A stretch of DNA of 57,300 nt, counting the filler, from Streblomastix strix (Eukaryota): assembly GCA_008636045.1 (NCBI GenBank). It is 2 parts of 2 records of this genome, joined end to end, with 100 filler letters (N's around TTAATTAATTAA, not from the genome) between each part and the next. Parts side by side here need not be neighbours in the genome. Positions count along the whole stretch, not along the records: positions 28,732 to 57,300 come from SNRW01000120.1; 1 more part is not named here. One strand, written 5' to 3'. The notes below the pieces were generated by a model. The model was not told the origin of the DNA and made no database searches. It saw only the letters and a program-made list of their open reading frames with translations. The translations under genes were made by a program, and so were the position numbers. Shown in pieces: positions 57,183 to 57,300 of this stretch (the stretch's first letter is position 1; each line of letters starts with the position of its first letter).

Positions 57183-57300
57183 CTATTTGCAAATATTTTA
57201 ATAATAAAAATGAAAATTTAATTAAAAATAGTAGATAAAAATGTATAAAATAAAATCAATGCTTAAATTCAGATATATAGCAAACAGAGAAAAGTGAAGA
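57174..57300 (+). repeat. 127-bp terminal direct repeat of contig 2 (copy 2)
   Basis: Identical to 28732-28858. Confidence 0.97.

Noticed and set aside
28732..57300. Circular contig as a virus, plasmid or Polinton
   Set aside because: No polymerase, capsid, Rep, integrase or packaging ATPase is recognisable; the content is intron-bearing host genes and transposon debris.

Overview
Very AT-rich, intron-containing eukaryotic (protist) nuclear DNA that does not use the standard code. TAA/TAG encode Gln, shown at invariant Gln positions of UPF1, so the supplied ORF track is mostly fragments. The code and the expanded SPRY-like and 'TAGGIGEEQD' gene families resemble an oxymonad such as Streblomastix (inference). 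The window is two contigs joined by an artificial N44-TTAATTAATTAA-N44 linker. Contig 1 (1-28631) is gene-dense on the + strand: a Q/S-rich protein, a ~2220-codon Zn(II)2Cys6 transcription factor, a nucleoplasmin-like protein, SLY1, UPF1 and a SPAG17/PF6-like gene. Three of these otherwise intact genes each carry one in-frame TGA, and a paralog pair in contig 2 shows a TGG<->TGA swap. TGA may therefore act as both sense and stop, leaving no dedicated stop codon; this is the main finding and needs RNA/proteomic testing. Contig 2 (28732-57300) begins and ends with an identical 127-bp sequence, and a decayed CYFIP gene reads across that junction, indicating a circle or tandem loop. It also holds a duplicated CYFIP-5'/SPRY unit, hAT-type MITEs, mariner, pogo and Sola-like remnants, and an intron-bearing nitroreductase with no TAR codons.
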